Virus record (IMG/VR): IMGVR_UViG_3300025387_000040
Span: 1 to 36,050 of that record
Reading direction: 5' to 3' (one strand)
DNA length: 36,050 bases
Source: a virus
Lineage: Duplodnaviria; Caudoviricetes
Shown here: piece after piece, positions 34,866-36,050 of the stretch
Layout: every line of letters starts with the position of its first letter
Numbering within the stretch: the stretch's first letter is position 1
The notes under the pieces: model-generated
Told to the model about the DNA's origin: nothing
What the model saw: only the letters and a program-made list of their open reading frames with translations
Databases searched by the model: none
Position numbers and translations under genes: made by a program

Positions 34866-36050
34866 ATGGCAAATAATTTGCTAACCATTTCCAAGATCAC
34901 TAACGAAGCATTGATGGTCTTGGAAAACGAATTAACATTCACATCTGAAGTAGATCGTAACTATGACGATCAATTTGCCGTAGTTGGTGGCAAAATTGGT
35001 AACACAGTAAACGTACGTAAGCCAGGTCGTTTTATTGGTACAACAGGCCCAGCATTGAACGTAGAAGATTTCAACGAAACTTCTGTGCCTGTAACTTTGT
35101 CAACACAATTCCACGTTGATACTCAGTTCACAACTCAAGACCTCGCTTTGAGCCTTGATATGTTCTCTGATCGTGTATTGAAGCCTGCTGTTGCTGCTAT
35201 CGCCAACAAAATTGACCGTGATGGCACATTGCAAGCTGCTAACAACACAGCAAACATCGTAGGAACTGCTGGCACTCCACCAACAGGTTTGATCACCTAT
35301 TTGACTGCTGCTGCTTACCTTGACTCTGAAGGCGCACCACGTGATGGCCGTAGAAGCTGTATTGTTGAGCCATTCACATCTGCAACTATCGTTGACAGCT
35401 TGAAAGGTTTGTTCGTTCCACAAGAAGCTATTGGCGAACAGTATCGTAAAGGCTTGATGGGTCGTGACTCTGCTGGTATGAACTGGAAGATGGATCAGAA
35501 CGTGGTAGCACACACATTCGGTTCTTTTGCTGGCTCTGCTACTGTTAACACATCTACTGCTGCTGGTTTCTTGACAAGCGGTTGGGCTGCTTCTAGCACA
35601 ATTACCTTGACATTGACTAACGGTGTTAGCTTGAACCAAGGCGATACATTCACAATCGCTGGCGTTTATGCAGTTAACCCACAGAACCGTCAAGCTTACG
35701 GCTCTAACAAGTTGCGTAACTTTGTTGTAAACCAAGCTGTTTCTGGCTCTGGTGGCACAATCCAAGTTAACGTATCTCCTGCTGTTATTACTGCTGGTCA
35801 GTTCCAGAACGTATCTATCCCTTCACCTGCAAGTGGACAGGCAGTTACATTCTTCAACCAATCTGGCACAGTTTCCCCACAAAACATCATCATGCACCGC
35901 AATGCGTTTTGCCTTGCGGTAGCTGATTTAGAGCTGCCAGAAGGTGTTCACTTTGCAGGTCGTGCAAGCGACAAGGAAATCGGTCTGTCAATGCGTGTAG
36001 TTCGTCAATACACCATTAACAACGACTCTATTCCTACTCGTTTAGACGTT
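34866..36050 (+). CDS. major capsid protein (P22 coat family), 3' partial
   Basis: AAGGA RBS; MANNLLTISKITNEALMVLENEL...KIGNTVNVRKP, open to the window end (…RLDV). Confidence 0.95.
   Translation, partial: MANNLLTISKITNEALMVLENELTFTSEVDRNYDDQFAVVGGKIGNTVNVRKPGRFIGTTGPALNVEDFNETSVPVTLSTQFHVDTQFTTQDLALSLDMFSDRVLKPAVAAIANKIDRDGTLQAANNTANIVGTAGTPPTGLITYLTAAAYLDSEGAPRDGRRSCIVEPFTSATIVDSLKGLFVPQEAIGEQYRKGLMGRDSAGMNWKMDQNVVAHTFGSFAGSATVNTSTAAGFLTSGWAASSTITLTLTNGVSLNQGDTFTIAGVYAVNPQNRQAYGSNKLRNFVVNQAVSGSGGTIQVNVSPAVITAGQFQNVSIPSPASGQAVTFFNQSGTVSPQNIIMHRNAFCLAVADLELPEGVHFAGRASDKEIGLSMRVVRQYTINNDSIPTRLDV

Noticed and set aside
35100-35765. 221-aa minus-strand ORF
   Set aside because: Antisense to the major capsid gene, which the track missed because it has no stop in the window

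Overview
Near-complete genome (~36 kb) of a P22-like short-tailed dsDNA phage, opened inside the structural region: the major capsid gene runs off the right end and a small structural gene runs in from the left. Order: decoration/tail-fibre genes, gp4-like adaptor, GIY-YIG endonuclease, gp10-like hub, GNAT, three ejection proteins, lysis cassette (holin candidates, embedded Rz/Rz1, GH108 endolysin), a leftward early region (modular small genes, exonuclease, SSB-like, ERF), a divergent Cro-like/YdaU region, accessory enzymes, groES, terminase, portal, broken HNH, scaffold and capsid. The two-component spanin implies a Gram-negative host. I found no integrase, CI-like repressor, DNA polymerase, tRNA or CRISPR array. 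Best leads: (1) a coupled hydroxylase + APS kinase + sulfotransferase cassette near a C5 DNA methyltransferase and a PAPS-reductase-family gene; (2) a non-coding control region at 18841-19078 with a three-way-junction RNA carrying anti-Shine-Dalgarno loops, an FNR-type box in class II position and a hairpin leader; (3) an array of small genes built from shared constant DNA blocks; (4) a repeated TGTTG-N8-CAACA operator; (5) a GNAT next to an ejection protein with a histone-tail-like GGKG N-terminus. All calls come from motif reading by eye; no database search or folding computation was run.
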